DNA of 56,227 nt, from positions 1 through 56,227 of IMG/VR virus record IMGVR_UViG_3300046003_007106. One strand, written 5' to 3'. This document shows, in pieces, positions 10,078-20,546 of the stretch (position 1 is the stretch's first letter; every line of letters begins with the position of its first letter). This stretch comes from a virus. Taxonomy: Duplodnaviria; Caudoviricetes. Position numbers and translations under genes: made by a program. Under the pieces are notes generated by a model, which was not told where the DNA came from, did not search any database, and worked only from the letters and a program-made list of their open reading frames with translations.

Positions 10078-10975
10078 GATGTCCATGGGACATGAACAAG
10101 AAATGCTTAAAGAACAGCTTGATAGAATTCACCCATCAATTGAATCATGGTACACAATAAACAATACGGATTTCTTTTTTAATTTTAAAACAGTTGCTGC
10201 CGTTGAATCTGGTTTATATAGTATGATATATAACGATAGTAACGGTTTTGGAGTTTCAAAATTAAATTATAAAAGCGATGAATTTTTCCATCTACCATCG
10301 TTACCGCATAATGAAATTATTAGTGATTTAATAAAATTCTGGGATAATGTAGATAGGTTTAAAAAATATAATTTAACACCAAAAAGAGGTATTATATTAT
10401 ATGGTGATCCAGGTTGTGGTAAAACATCGTTAATCTATCTTTTGGTTGATAAATTAAAGGAATACAATGGTTTATCAATCTATTTTGACAACCCTTTTAA
10501 CTGGGTTGAGTTAGCTAAATTAGTTAGAAAAGTAGAAAAAACAAGACCATTACTTTGTATTATTGAGGATATTGATCTTGTGATTCAAAAGTTTGGTGAG
10601 GATGTATTTTTAAATTTCTTAGACGGTCTAAATTCGATAGAGAATGTTGTTTATGTTGCAACAACAAATAATTTAGAAAAAATACCCGCTAGAATTAAAG
10701 ACAGACCATCAAGATTTGACAAGAAATATAAAATAGAAAAACCAACAGCCGAAGATAGAAAGATTTATTTTACCGAAATATTGGATGAAGAAGATAAAAA
10801 ACTATACGATATTGATAAATTAACTAAAGATACCAACGGTTATACCATGGCTCATCTTAAAGAAACTTTTATTTCATTATATATTCTTAAAAACCCATAT
10901 GATGAGACCATTAAGCGATTAAAAAACAAAAAAATTGCTGATGAGCGGATGGGGTTTGACTTTTCTGATGATTAA
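10052..10975 (+). CDS. AAA+ ATPase
   Basis: Walker A GDPGCGKT, Walker B IIEDID, sensor ATTN, Arg finger RPSRFD. Confidence 0.88.
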   Translation: MIELDEIYEMSMGHEQEMLKEQLDRIHPSIESWYTINNTDFFFNFKTVAAVESGLYSMIYNDSNGFGVSKLNYKSDEFFHLPSLPHNEIISDLIKFWDNVDRFKKYNLTPKRGIILYGDPGCGKTSLIYLLVDKLKEYNGLSIYFDNPFNWVELAKLVRKVEKTRPLLCIIEDIDLVIQKFGEDVFLNFLDGLNSIENVVYVATTNNLEKIPARIKDRPSRFDKKYKIEKPTAEDRKIYFTEILDEEDKKLYDIDKLTKDTNGYTMAHLKETFISLYILKNPYDETIKRLKNKKIADERMGFDFSDD

Positions 10976-11025
10976 CTTGGTATTTAACTTGTTTTCATTA
11001 TATTTATGTAATATAAACTATTGAA

Positions 11026-11739
11026 ATGGGTATGAAAATATTAAAAGAAAACGAAGAAGGTTTTGGTATCTTAATTGAAGGTGATGCTGGTTCAGTATCT
11101 GAAGTATTACAAGGACAAATTATAAATGAGGAAATTAGTAAGGGCCCAATAGATTTATCTGGGCCCATATACTATTACGCCACGTTACAAAAATATGGTG
11201 TTGAAAACAGAAATGGTAGAGTATATCCAGAAAATATTCTAAGAAGGGAAGAACAAAGGTATAGAGAAGTTATTGCTCGTAACTCCAGTTTTCATGAATT
11301 AGACCACCCACAAGAATCTGTTATATCACTTAAAGGTGGTTCACCACATAGAATAGTAGATATGTTCTGGAAAGATAATGTTCTTATAGGTAAATTGGAG
11401 ATATTAGTATCTGAAGGTTTTAGAAGAGGTGGTATTATATCTTGTAATGGTGATTTAGTTGCACATTATTTAAGTTATGGTATGACATTAGGTATATCAT
11501 CAAGAGGGGTTGGAAGTCTTAAAAAGATCAACGGTAAAAATGTTGTTCAAGATGACTTTGAATTAATATGTTGGGATATCGTTTCATCACCATCTACACC
11601 TGGTTCTTACTTATATAAAGATCCACAAGATTTTAAAAAATATGATGAGGTTTTGACTGAACCAAAAGGTATTGAGGAAAATGCGATACCTGAAGAAGAT
11701 AATTTTTTGGCTAACCTTAACAAATTTTTGAAGTTTTAA
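11026..11739 (+). CDS. Prohead core protease (T4 gp21-like)
   Basis: NRNGRVYP, ELDHP, GISSRGVGSL, WDIVSSPSTPGS motifs. Confidence 0.92.
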   Translation: MGMKILKENEEGFGILIEGDAGSVSEVLQGQIINEEISKGPIDLSGPIYYYATLQKYGVENRNGRVYPENILRREEQRYREVIARNSSFHELDHPQESVISLKGGSPHRIVDMFWKDNVLIGKLEILVSEGFRRGGIISCNGDLVAHYLSYGMTLGISSRGVGSLKKINGKNVVQDDFELICWDIVSSPSTPGSYLYKDPQDFKKYDEVLTEPKGIEENAIPEEDNFLANLNKFLKF

Positions 11740-11792
11740 GTTTTTTTTTTAAAAAAATTTTATTACTATTATAATAATTAAAAATATTTTTT

Positions 11793-12032
11793 ATGAGAAC
11801 ATACTATTGGTACACAGTTACAATTCAATTTGCTGTTGAAGACGAGCAAACAGGGAAAATTAAAAAGATTAAAGAAAATTATCTAACCAAAGCAATATCT
11901 GTTACTGACGCGGAAGCCTCTGTAATCAATGATCTTGAAGGTACAATGGGTGATTTTAGAATCTTAAAAATTGATGAATCTAAAATCGTTAGACTTATCA
12001 TTCCAAAGGGGGTTGATATCAACGCTGAATAA
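11793..12032 (+). CDS. DUF4494-like small protein (Bacteroidota-type)
   Basis: WY..TIQF...GKIKKIKENYL.KAISVTDAEA pattern. Confidence 0.65.
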   Translation: MRTYYWYTVTIQFAVEDEQTGKIKKIKENYLTKAISVTDAEASVINDLEGTMGDFRILKIDESKIVRLIIPKGVDINAE

Positions 12033-12051
12033 AAACTAAGAAAAACACTTT

Positions 12052-12081
12052 AAAAACCATCCATATCGGGTGGTTTTTTTT
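12052..12081 (+). terminator. Intrinsic terminator
   Basis: AAAAACCATCC/GGGTGGTTTTT hairpin with T-tract. Confidence 0.7.
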
Positions 12082-12204
12082 GTTTAACCCCCTGTAATAT
12101 AACTTAATAAGAATATTTTTTTTTATTTTTTTTGTTCTTTTGATATTTTCATAGTATTTATTACAAAGATAATATATCATAATAATTTTTTAATAAATTA
12201 AAAC

Positions 12205-13491
12205 ATGAGCAAGACAAATATTTTAGCAGAAACTCTAGCTGAAATTCAGGAATTAAGAGAAGCTGTTTCTAAAAACGCTAACCATGCGTTGAAAAGTACT
12301 CTTAAAGAAGAATTAGAAGAGATTGTCAAAAACAACCTAGAGGAAGTTGATGACGAAGAGTTAACAGATGACATGCCTGGTGATGATCTACCAGGTGATC
12401 AAACAGCAAATAATGATGACGGTATGGGTGATATGCCTGCTGAACCAGAAGATGGTGAAGAGGTTATTGATTTAACCGATAAATCAGATGAGGATGTTAT
12501 TAAACATTTCAACCTCATGGAACCTGCTGACGAGATCGAAATCGTACAAACTCCAGAAGGTGGAGTACAAATTAACATTCAACCAGCTAAAGGTGAAGAA
12601 GAATCTGAAGAAGGTTCTGAAGAAATGCCAGCTGATGATAATGTTGATGAGTACAACGAAAAACCAATGGAAGAAATTGTGGATGAAATGATTGATTTAG
12701 GAGAAGAGCCAATGTATGAGATTGAAATCTCAGAAGAGGATCTTAACGAAGTTGCTAAGGAAGCTATAGCTCACATCGCCAACAAAGGTGGTTCAACTCT
12801 TAACGGGGTATCAAAACTTGAAGAACCAGCTAAAGAAAACGGTATGATCAAAAATGCGGCTACCAAACACATGGCTACTAAAGGTGGATCAGTTCCAACA
12901 GGTGAGAAAAAACTTGAAGAGCCCACTAAAGAAAATGGTGTGATTAAAAATGCGGCTACAAAAGATATCCACGAAAGTACACAAAATAAGGCTGGAAACA
13001 AAAACAAAGAAAAAGAGTTACATGAAAGCTTGGTAGTTATGAGAAAAAAATACCAAGAAACAGTGGCTGAAAACAATAAAAAGACTCAAGAGTTAAATAG
13101 CTTCAAAACTTTAGCGGAAGAATTTAAAGGTTCTGAAACTGAATATAAGTCAGCTATCAAAAATCTTAAGTCGCAATTACAAGAAGTTGCTTTATTTTCA
13201 TCAAACTTAACTTATGCAATTAAATTAATTACTGAAAACTCTACAACTAAGGATGAAAAATTCAATATCCTTAAAAGATTCGATTCAGCTAAAAGCTTAA
13301 ACGAGTCAAGAGAAATCTTTAATAGTTTGCAAGATCAGTTAGTTTCAGGTAAAACAGCAACAAAACAGGTGATTGAAGACAAAATTATGGAAACTCCAAA
13401 AGCTAGTGGTTCTTCAAAATTAAATGAATCAACTGCTTATCAAAATCCACAATTATCAAGAATGTTAGATATCATCGGAAAAATTAAATAA
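12205..13491 (+). CDS. Prohead core/scaffolding protein (gp22-like)
   Basis: Highly acidic, coiled-coil C-half, between protease and MCP; many L/I-x-E sites. Confidence 0.75.
   Translation: MSKTNILAETLAEIQELREAVSKNANHALKSTLKEELEEIVKNNLEEVDDEELTDDMPGDDLPGDQTANNDDGMGDMPAEPEDGEEVIDLTDKSDEDVIKHFNLMEPADEIEIVQTPEGGVQINIQPAKGEEESEEGSEEMPADDNVDEYNEKPMEEIVDEMIDLGEEPMYEIEISEEDLNEVAKEAIAHIANKGGSTLNGVSKLEEPAKENGMIKNAATKHMATKGGSVPTGEKKLEEPTKENGVIKNAATKDIHESTQNKAGNKNKEKELHESLVVMRKKYQETVAENNKKTQELNSFKTLAEEFKGSETEYKSAIKNLKSQLQEVALFSSNLTYAIKLITENSTTKDEKFNILKRFDSAKSLNESREIFNSLQDQLVSGKTATKQVIEDKIMETPKASGSSKLNESTAYQNPQLSRMLDIIGKIK
12772..12963 (+). repeat. Tandem 32-aa duplication in scaffold
   Basis: HIANKGGSTLNGVSKLEEPAKENGMIKNAATK / HMATKGGSVPTGEKKLEEPTKENGVIKNAATK. 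Confidence 0.8.
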
Positions 13492-13526
13492 TAAAATTAA
13501 AAACAAACTTAAAAACAAAAACTAAA

Positions 13527-15110
13527 ATGGGAGCATTATTAGAATCAGGAAAAGTTGGTAACGTAAGCTTAAATCACTTAAAAGCTGTACGTACTGATGT
13601 AATTAACAGATGGGACAGCTTAGGACTATTAGAAGGTCTTGCTGGTCACAGAAAAGAGAATATCGCACAATTATTTGAAAACCAAGCATCACACATGCTT
13701 AATGAATCAGTTGCTTTAGGTAACGAAGGTTCTTTCGAAACTGTGGTATTCCCAATCGTGAGAAGAGTATTCTCAAAATTATTAGCTAACGAAATCGTTT
13801 CGGTTCAAGCTTTAAACTTACCTATTGGTAAATTATTCTACTTCATTCCGAAGTTAGAGACTTCATCATTTGATTCTAATCAAGGTGGTATCGATACAAG
13901 CGGTACTCAAGTAAGTGCTAACCTTTATGATTCTTTCTACGGAGAGAATGGTCTTTATGACTCATCTAAAGGTACTGCTACAACTTTAACTGGTGTTAAA
14001 GATACAACTACTTTGTATCAATTTACTACTACAGGTTCTACTGACGGTTATGACGCTGTAGCTGGAACATCTTGCCCTGTTAGCACAACTTCAATCATTA
14101 AAGTTGATTTTAGCAACTATCAAACTAACTGGGATAATGCTGAAGAAGTTATGTCAACATTAAACATTACTAGTGTAACTTCTGGTGCCAGCTTCGATTT
14201 CTATTTACCAGCTCAAAAATATGGTAAATCAGTTATGGATTCAACTGGTATTATTTACATTGCAATTGTTAACAACAGTGCTTCTGTAGCATTACCTTTG
14301 ACTGGTTTAACTGTAACAGCTAAAGAGTACGAATCTTTAGAGTACAGTGACACAATGGGTGAGGTAAGCTTCGAACTTCAATCTGTAACAGTTTCTGTTA
14401 TCGAAAGAAAATTAAGAGCTCAATGGTCTCCAGAATTAGCTCAAGACGTATCAGCGTTCCATAACATTGATGCAGAAGCTGAATTAACAGCTTTATTATC
14501 TGAGCAAGTTGCTGCTGAGATTGACCGTGAAATTTTACGTGACTTACGTAGAGGTGCGGCATGGAGAATGCAATGGGATTACTCTGGTTCAAGAATTCAA
14601 ACAGGTGGTTTGAATGTTGGAAATAGTTTCTATACACAAAAAGATTGGAACCAAACGTTGATCACTGCAATCAACCAAGTTTCTGCACAAATCCACAAAG
14701 CTACTTTAAGAGGTGGTGCTAACTGGATCGTAGTTTCTGCTGAGATTTCAGCTATCTTGGACGACTTAGAATACTTCCACGTATCTAACGCTGCTCCAGA
14801 GCAAGACAAATATAACATGGGTATTGAAAGAATCGGTTCATTAGGTGGAAGATACCAAGTTTACCGTGATCCTTACTTCCCAGCTGATACAATCTTGATG
14901 GGTCACAAAGGTACATCTTTGTTGGATACAGGTTACATCTACGCACCATACGTACCAATGCAATTAACTCCTACAATGTACAACCCGTTCACCTTTGCAC
15001 CAGTTAAAGGTATTATGACTCGTTACGCGAAAAAAATGGTAAATAACCGTTTCTATGGTGTAATCAAATGTCAAAATATCGTTAGCTTCGGTATCACAGG
15101 TTTAAGATAA
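13527..15110 (+). CDS. Major capsid protein (T4 gp23-like)
   Basis: RKLRAQWSPELAQD, DAEAELTALLSEQVAAEIDREI, GYIYAPYVP, KGIMTRY motifs. Confidence 0.95.
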   Translation: MGALLESGKVGNVSLNHLKAVRTDVINRWDSLGLLEGLAGHRKENIAQLFENQASHMLNESVALGNEGSFETVVFPIVRRVFSKLLANEIVSVQALNLPIGKLFYFIPKLETSSFDSNQGGIDTSGTQVSANLYDSFYGENGLYDSSKGTATTLTGVKDTTTLYQFTTTGSTDGYDAVAGTSCPVSTTSIIKVDFSNYQTNWDNAEEVMSTLNITSVTSGASFDFYLPAQKYGKSVMDSTGIIYIAIVNNSASVALPLTGLTVTAKEYESLEYSDTMGEVSFELQSVTVSVIERKLRAQWSPELAQDVSAFHNIDAEAELTALLSEQVAAEIDREILRDLRRGAAWRMQWDYSGSRIQTGGLNVGNSFYTQKDWNQTLITAINQVSAQIHKATLRGGANWIVVSAEISAILDDLEYFHVSNAAPEQDKYNMGIERIGSLGGRYQVYRDPYFPADTILMGHKGTSLLDTGYIYAPYVPMQLTPTMYNPFTFAPVKGIMTRYAKKMVNNRFYGVIKCQNIVSFGITGLR

Positions 15111-15133
15111 TCTTAAGGGTTACATTAAAATAC

Positions 15134-15164
15134 AAAAGGGTGGATTTTTTCCACCCTTTTTTTT
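15134..15164 (+). terminator. Intrinsic terminator after MCP
   Basis: AAAAGGGTGGA/TCCACCCTTTT hairpin with T-tract. Confidence 0.8.
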
Positions 15165-15216
15165 GTTTATATTTGTTTGTTTTTCACTATATTTGTATGG
15201 TTAATTATAAACATTT

Positions 15217-17970
15217 ATGAAAAAATTATTATACATCGCCCCACATCTTTCTACAGGTGGTTTACCACAATATTTAACTAAAAAAATTGAACTAATTAGA
15301 GATTCGTTTGAAATTTATGTTGTTGAATGGTCTAACCACACTGGTGGTGTATTGGTTGTACAAAGAGATAAAATAACTTCAATGATTGCTCCAGATAAAT
15401 TCTTTACTCTGGAAGAAAATAAAATGCAATTAATTGATATTATTAATCAAGTATCACCAGATATTATACATCTGGAAGAAATCCCAGAATATTTCATGGA
15501 TTTTGAGGTTGCAAAAGAAATCTACAAAAAAGATCGTAATTATGTAATCGTGGAAACTTCACATGATTCATCATATGATGTCACACAAAAGAAATTTTTT
15601 CCAGATAAATTTATGTTTGTTTCTGATTGGCAAATTAAATTATTTGAATCAATTAATATCCCAAAAGTTTTGGTTGAGTATCCGATCGAATATAAACAAA
15701 GACCAAACAGAGAAGATGCGTTAAAAGATCTTGATTTGGATCCAAATAAAAAACATGTATTGCATGTTGGTTTATTCACACCAAGAAAAAACCAAAAAGA
15801 GTTTTTTGAATACGCTAAATCGTTACCTGAATATGTTTTCCATTCTGTTGGAAATCAAGCTGGTAATTTTGCACATTACTGGGAACCTTTAATGAAAGAT
15901 AAACCAGAGAATGTTATTTGGCACGGTGAAAGAAAAGATGTTGATAGATTCTACCAAGCGATGGATCTATTCTTATTTACATCTAGAGGCACAGATAACG
16001 ACAAAGAAACAATGCCATTGGTTATTCGTGAAGCAATTTCATGGGACCTACCAATTTTAATTTATAACCTTGGTGTTTATTTAAATTATTTTGATAAATT
16101 TGATAATATCAAATATTTAAATTCATCAGATTTTAACAAAAATTGTTTATTAATTAAAGAAGTTCTTGATAATGGTATGGGGTTCCAAGCAAAAACAAAA
16201 GAAATTGATAGAGAAAAAGAAGCAGTAATTATCTCAACCTACCCAACAACAAAAAGTGTGTCTGATACAACTATTGAATGTATTTTAGCTGCTAAAAAAA
16301 CAGGTAGAAAAATTATATTAACATCACACCTACCAATCCCACCATATTTACAAAGTTTGGTTGATTACTGTGTTTACGATAAAAATAATATCTTAACTAA
16401 ACACACATTTTATTCCCAAAGTAGATACAGTGAGGATGATTTCTTTGCGTTTGTTAATTTAAGAGGTGAAAGTAATGATGTTTACCACGGGCCAACATGT
16501 TATACAAACTATTATAACGGGGTTGCTTTAGCAAATGGACTGGGTATGAAAAAGGTTTATTTACTTAACTATGATTATGTGTTAAAAAATGATGCTTATC
16601 TGGATAACGTATCTAGTATTTTGGACACAAAATCAGCTTATTTTGGTGACATGCCAAATAATCAAGAAGGCCATTGTGTTACAACATTTTTTATGGGTAT
16701 TAAACCATCTTTTTATTTAGATACCGTTAAACCAATATCCTGTGCACAAGATTACGAAAATTTAAAAACTGAATGGGGTTCATTTAGTAACGGGTATGAG
16801 AACATGATGTACTTCGCCTTCAAAGACAAAATGAATCAAATTGAATTAGTTGGTGAAGAACAATTTAAAACTGAGGTTGAGACTAATTTCCATCACAGGG
16901 ATTATTCTAGAGTAGAATATTTCACCGTACTACCAACTAATACCCCTAATTCATTTGCTGTTTACTTCCAGGTCTCAAATTCAATTGATAGTAGAATTGT
17001 TAATATTAAAATCAATAAAAACGGATCATTATTAAAGGAAGATAAGATTACTGTAACTGGTAGAGGTGCTTGGTACGATATAATAAATTATGATTTAGAA
17101 GAAAACGCTACTTATACTGTTAATTACCAATCTTTTGATAAAGACACACAACAATTTATTGAAAGTAAGTTGATAGAAATTAATAATGAATATATCGATA
17201 ACCAACTACCTAACAACGGTATGTTTGATTATAAAGGTGATGTTAAACGTATTAATTTATTAAATAATAATGATACTTCTAAACCTAAAATTAGAATAGT
17301 ACATCTGGTTACAGAACCATCAAGTAATACTAAAGAATTACGATCAGTGTTTTCTTTAAAAGATTTTGCTAACACTTTTGATAACATTGAGTACCATCAA
17401 AAAATTAATGTGATTTATAAAGATTTACCACCGATTGACACTTGTAATAGACCACACGATGTCGCGCCTGAACCAGGGTACTTTAAATTATCCCCAGGAC
17501 ATTATGGTTGTTTCTTGGCACATAAAAATGGTATTACTTTACCAGATAATAATAAGTACGATTTTATACTTGTATTTGAAGGTGATGTTATTATTGACGC
17601 ACCGTATCAAGAGTTATATGATAATCTAATTAGATGGTCACGATTAGCCAAAGAGGAAAATGTTGATATGGTTGGTTTTGGTAACTACTGCGCTGAAAAA
17701 TATAGTGGTGAACGTGAGGATTTAATGCTTAACCTAAGTATTTTCGCACCAGCCCAATCTTATTTGATTAATAGAGAAAAATTATCTACCTTTGTAGAAA
17801 AATTTGAAACTTGTAAATGGGATGCGTTTGATTTATGGATGACCAAGGTTGCTGGTTTACACGGTGCTATGGCTAATAAAATTTATACCAAACATTTACC
17901 AGGATATTCTATTGTGGATAAAAAAGATAAAAATAAAGATAACGATTACGCAGCAATTTTTACCAATTAA
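15217..17970 (+). CDS. Multidomain glycosyltransferase (N-terminal GT4-like, C-terminal GT25-like)
   Basis: HVGLFTPRKNQ...DLFLFTS...ETMPLVIREA (GT-B); GHYGCFLAH...ILVFEGD (GT25-like); TATATTTG -7 element at 15188-15195. Confidence 0.8.
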   Translation: MKKLLYIAPHLSTGGLPQYLTKKIELIRDSFEIYVVEWSNHTGGVLVVQRDKITSMIAPDKFFTLEENKMQLIDIINQVSPDIIHLEEIPEYFMDFEVAKEIYKKDRNYVIVETSHDSSYDVTQKKFFPDKFMFVSDWQIKLFESINIPKVLVEYPIEYKQRPNREDALKDLDLDPNKKHVLHVGLFTPRKNQKEFFEYAKSLPEYVFHSVGNQAGNFAHYWEPLMKDKPENVIWHGERKDVDRFYQAMDLFLFTSRGTDNDKETMPLVIREAISWDLPILIYNLGVYLNYFDKFDNIKYLNSSDFNKNCLLIKEVLDNGMGFQAKTKEIDREKEAVIISTYPTTKSVSDTTIECILAAKKTGRKIILTSHLPIPPYLQSLVDYCVYDKNNILTKHTFYSQSRYSEDDFFAFVNLRGESNDVYHGPTCYTNYYNGVALANGLGMKKVYLLNYDYVLKNDAYLDNVSSILDTKSAYFGDMPNNQEGHCVTTFFMGIKPSFYLDTVKPISCAQDYENLKTEWGSFSNGYENMMYFAFKDKMNQIELVGEEQFKTEVETNFHHRDYSRVEYFTVLPTNTPNSFAVYFQVSNSIDSRIVNIKINKNGSLLKEDKITVTGRGAWYDIINYDLEENATYTVNYQSFDKDTQQFIESKLIEINNEYIDNQLPNNGMFDYKGDVKRINLLNNNDTSKPKIRIVHLVTEPSSNTKELRSVFSLKDFANTFDNIEYHQKINVIYKDLPPIDTCNRPHDVAPEPGYFKLSPGHYGCFLAHKNGITLPDNNKYDFILVFEGDVIIDAPYQELYDNLIRWSRLAKEENVDMVGFGNYCAEKYSGEREDLMLNLSIFAPAQSYLINREKLSTFVEKFETCKWDAFDLWMTKVAGLHGAMANKIYTKHLPGYSIVDKKDKNKDNDYAAIFTN

Positions 17971-17973
17971 TAT

Positions 17974-18924
17974 ATGAAAATATGTCAAGTGCACCCAGGA
18001 TGTGGGATCCCAGTACCACCACCTAATTGGGGTGCTGTAGAAAAAATAGTTTGGGAGTTTACCCAAAATTTAAGATTATTGGGCCATGAGGTTGATATCA
18101 AATATGCGAATGAAATTCAACCAGGTGAATATGATGTTGTTCACGTACATATGGCTAATTTATGTCATTTCTTACATGATAGAGGTATACCATACATTTA
18201 TCAATTACATGATCATCACGCTTTTTACTATGGTAAAGGGTCATATGTTTTTAACCAAAATAATAGAGCTATTCTTGAATCACAAGTATCGTTAATGCCA
18301 GGTAGATTCTTGGTACCGTATTTTGATACTGAAAAAGCGATTTATTTTTCACATGGTGTAAATACAGATTTTTATCACCCATCAAATGTTAGACCAAAAG
18401 AACATAAACTATTATGTTTAGCGAATAATGGTTTAGCTGGTATGGATGGTTATGATAGAAAAGGTTTTGGTTTTGCAATTCAAGCTGCGATGGCTAGAAA
18501 TTTACCAATCACAATTGCTGGTCCAAGAAATAATCAAAATTTCTTTAATGAAAACCCTTGGGTTAATGGATACACAAAATTATCAATCGAATGGGAACCA
18601 AATCAAAATGAATTAGTTGATTTATATCATAGACATACAATATTTATGCATCCGTCTGAGTTAGAAGCTGGTCACCCAAATTTAACCTTATTAGAAGCTG
18701 CTGCATGTGGTTTACCTATTAATGGTTGGATTGAAATGGAAACCGATTTCCATGGTATGTGGAGAGCACCAAGAAAAGTCACAGATCTAGTTTGTGGTTT
18801 AGATGCTATTATGGATGATTATGAAGGTTTTAGAGAAAGAGCTTTACAAACAGCCGAATCTTTGTCATGGTATAATAGATCCAAAGAATTATTAGAAGTT
18901 TATAAACAATACACACAAGAATGA
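17974..18924 (+). CDS. Glycosyltransferase family 4
   Basis: PVPPPNWGAVEK N-terminus; PSELEAGHPNLTLLEAAACGLP. Confidence 0.85.
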   Translation: MKICQVHPGCGIPVPPPNWGAVEKIVWEFTQNLRLLGHEVDIKYANEIQPGEYDVVHVHMANLCHFLHDRGIPYIYQLHDHHAFYYGKGSYVFNQNNRAILESQVSLMPGRFLVPYFDTEKAIYFSHGVNTDFYHPSNVRPKEHKLLCLANNGLAGMDGYDRKGFGFAIQAAMARNLPITIAGPRNNQNFFNENPWVNGYTKLSIEWEPNQNELVDLYHRHTIFMHPSELEAGHPNLTLLEAAACGLPINGWIEMETDFHGMWRAPRKVTDLVCGLDAIMDDYEGFRERALQTAESLSWYNRSKELLEVYKQYTQE

Positions 18925-20546
18925 AAATATTAGGACTTTCAGCTGGATCACATTCATGTGGTATAAGTTTAGTAGAAGATGGTAAAATAGTTTTTTCTTT
19001 AGAAGAAGAAAGACACACAAGGGTAAAGGTATTCAAAGATTTTTACAGCGATTATTTAAGATTTCCACACCAATCAATTACCGAGGCTATTAATAAATTT
19101 AACCTAGATCCAAATTCCGTAGATTATATTACGAGTTATTACCCAAAACATGAGGTTAAAGTTTTTTGGGAAGGTATGGGTTTAGGTTTATTCCCAGAAC
19201 AAAAATATGTTTTTATTGATCACCATGATTCACATGCTGGTACCGCTTATTATATGAGTGGTTTTGATGAGGATACACTTGTAGTGACAATGGACGCTAG
19301 TGGTGGTTTATATAGCGCAAAATATTTTATTGGGTCTAAGGGAAATTTAGAATATATCGATGGTATTGATACAACAAGAAAATCTTTTGGTCATTATTAC
19401 GCAATGTTAACAGAGTTTTTAGGTTTTAAAAGACTTAAAGATGAGGGTAAAATTGTTGGTATGGCTGCACATGGTAATTACGATGGTATTTCATATCGAG
19501 CTTTTAATGATTGCATAAGTATTGAAGGTATACATACGGACAAAGATCAGTCAGATGTTTTATTTGGTCAATTATATGTTGATTTCTATACAAAATATTA
19601 TAAAATTTTAGGTTCCAAAGTATTTTTTGGTACAAAAGCTGACTTAGCGTACACAGGACAACTTGTTTTTGAGGAAAAAATATTACAAGTATTCAACAAC
19701 TTACATAATATGTTTCCTAATGTCAAGAAAGTTGCTGTTGCTGGTGGTGTTTTTGCTAATGTAAAATTAAATAAACGTATCAACGAATTATATTGGGTTG
19801 ATGAAATGTTTGTCGCACCACCAATGGGTGATGAAGGTTGTCCACTTGGTTGCGCTTTAATGGTACATAAAATGTTTACACCAGACTTTAAACCATTCAA
19901 ATTAGATAATATGTTTATGGGTATATCTTATACAGACGCTGAAGTTGGTGAACATTATTGGGATCAAAATAAATTCTCAAGAGAAATATTTACACCAGAA
20001 TTAGCAGCGAAATATCTTGCTAACGGTAAAATAATAGGTGTTTTCAATGGTAAACATGAACATGGTCCTAGAGCTTTAGGTAATAGAAGTATTATTGGTG
20101 AAGTAACTAATCCAGATACCTATGACAAGATTAACAATAAGCTACAGAGAAACGATTTTATGCCATTTGCACCAGCTGTTATGGAAGAACATGCTGATAC
20201 AATATTTAACGTCACAAAATCAAGATATACAGCTGAGTTTATGACCATGTTGTATGATACAAGACCTGAGTGGGTTGATAGAATACCAACGGTTGTTCAC
20301 CCTAAAGATAAAACAGCTAGAATACAAATAGTAACTAAAACAAGTAATCCAACGTTTTATAAAATATTGGATGAATACAATAAATTAACTGGCGTACCCG
20401 TTCTTTTAAATACATCATTTAATGTACACGAAGAACCGATTGTATGTCACCCAAACGAAGCGTTTAACCATTTGGAAAATGATGTCGTTGACTTATTAAT
20501 AATAAACAATTTTATCTATAGAAAATATGAAGGATATATTAATTAA
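18921..20546 (+). CDS. Carbamoyltransferase (NodU/CmcH family)
   Basis: EEERHTRVK, HHDSHA, EGKIVGMAAHG, AGGVFANVKLN, GPRALGNRS, PFAP, LLNTSFNVHEEPIV. Confidence 0.92.
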   Translation: MKILGLSAGSHSCGISLVEDGKIVFSLEEERHTRVKVFKDFYSDYLRFPHQSITEAINKFNLDPNSVDYITSYYPKHEVKVFWEGMGLGLFPEQKYVFIDHHDSHAGTAYYMSGFDEDTLVVTMDASGGLYSAKYFIGSKGNLEYIDGIDTTRKSFGHYYAMLTEFLGFKRLKDEGKIVGMAAHGNYDGISYRAFNDCISIEGIHTDKDQSDVLFGQLYVDFYTKYYKILGSKVFFGTKADLAYTGQLVFEEKILQVFNNLHNMFPNVKKVAVAGGVFANVKLNKRINELYWVDEMFVAPPMGDEGCPLGCALMVHKMFTPDFKPFKLDNMFMGISYTDAEVGEHYWDQNKFSREIFTPELAAKYLANGKIIGVFNGKHEHGPRALGNRSIIGEVTNPDTYDKINNKLQRNDFMPFAPAVMEEHADTIFNVTKSRYTAEFMTMLYDTRPEWVDRIPTVVHPKDKTARIQIVTKTSNPTFYKILDEYNKLTGVPVLLNTSFNVHEEPIVCHPNEAFNHLENDVVDLLIINNFIYRKYEGYIN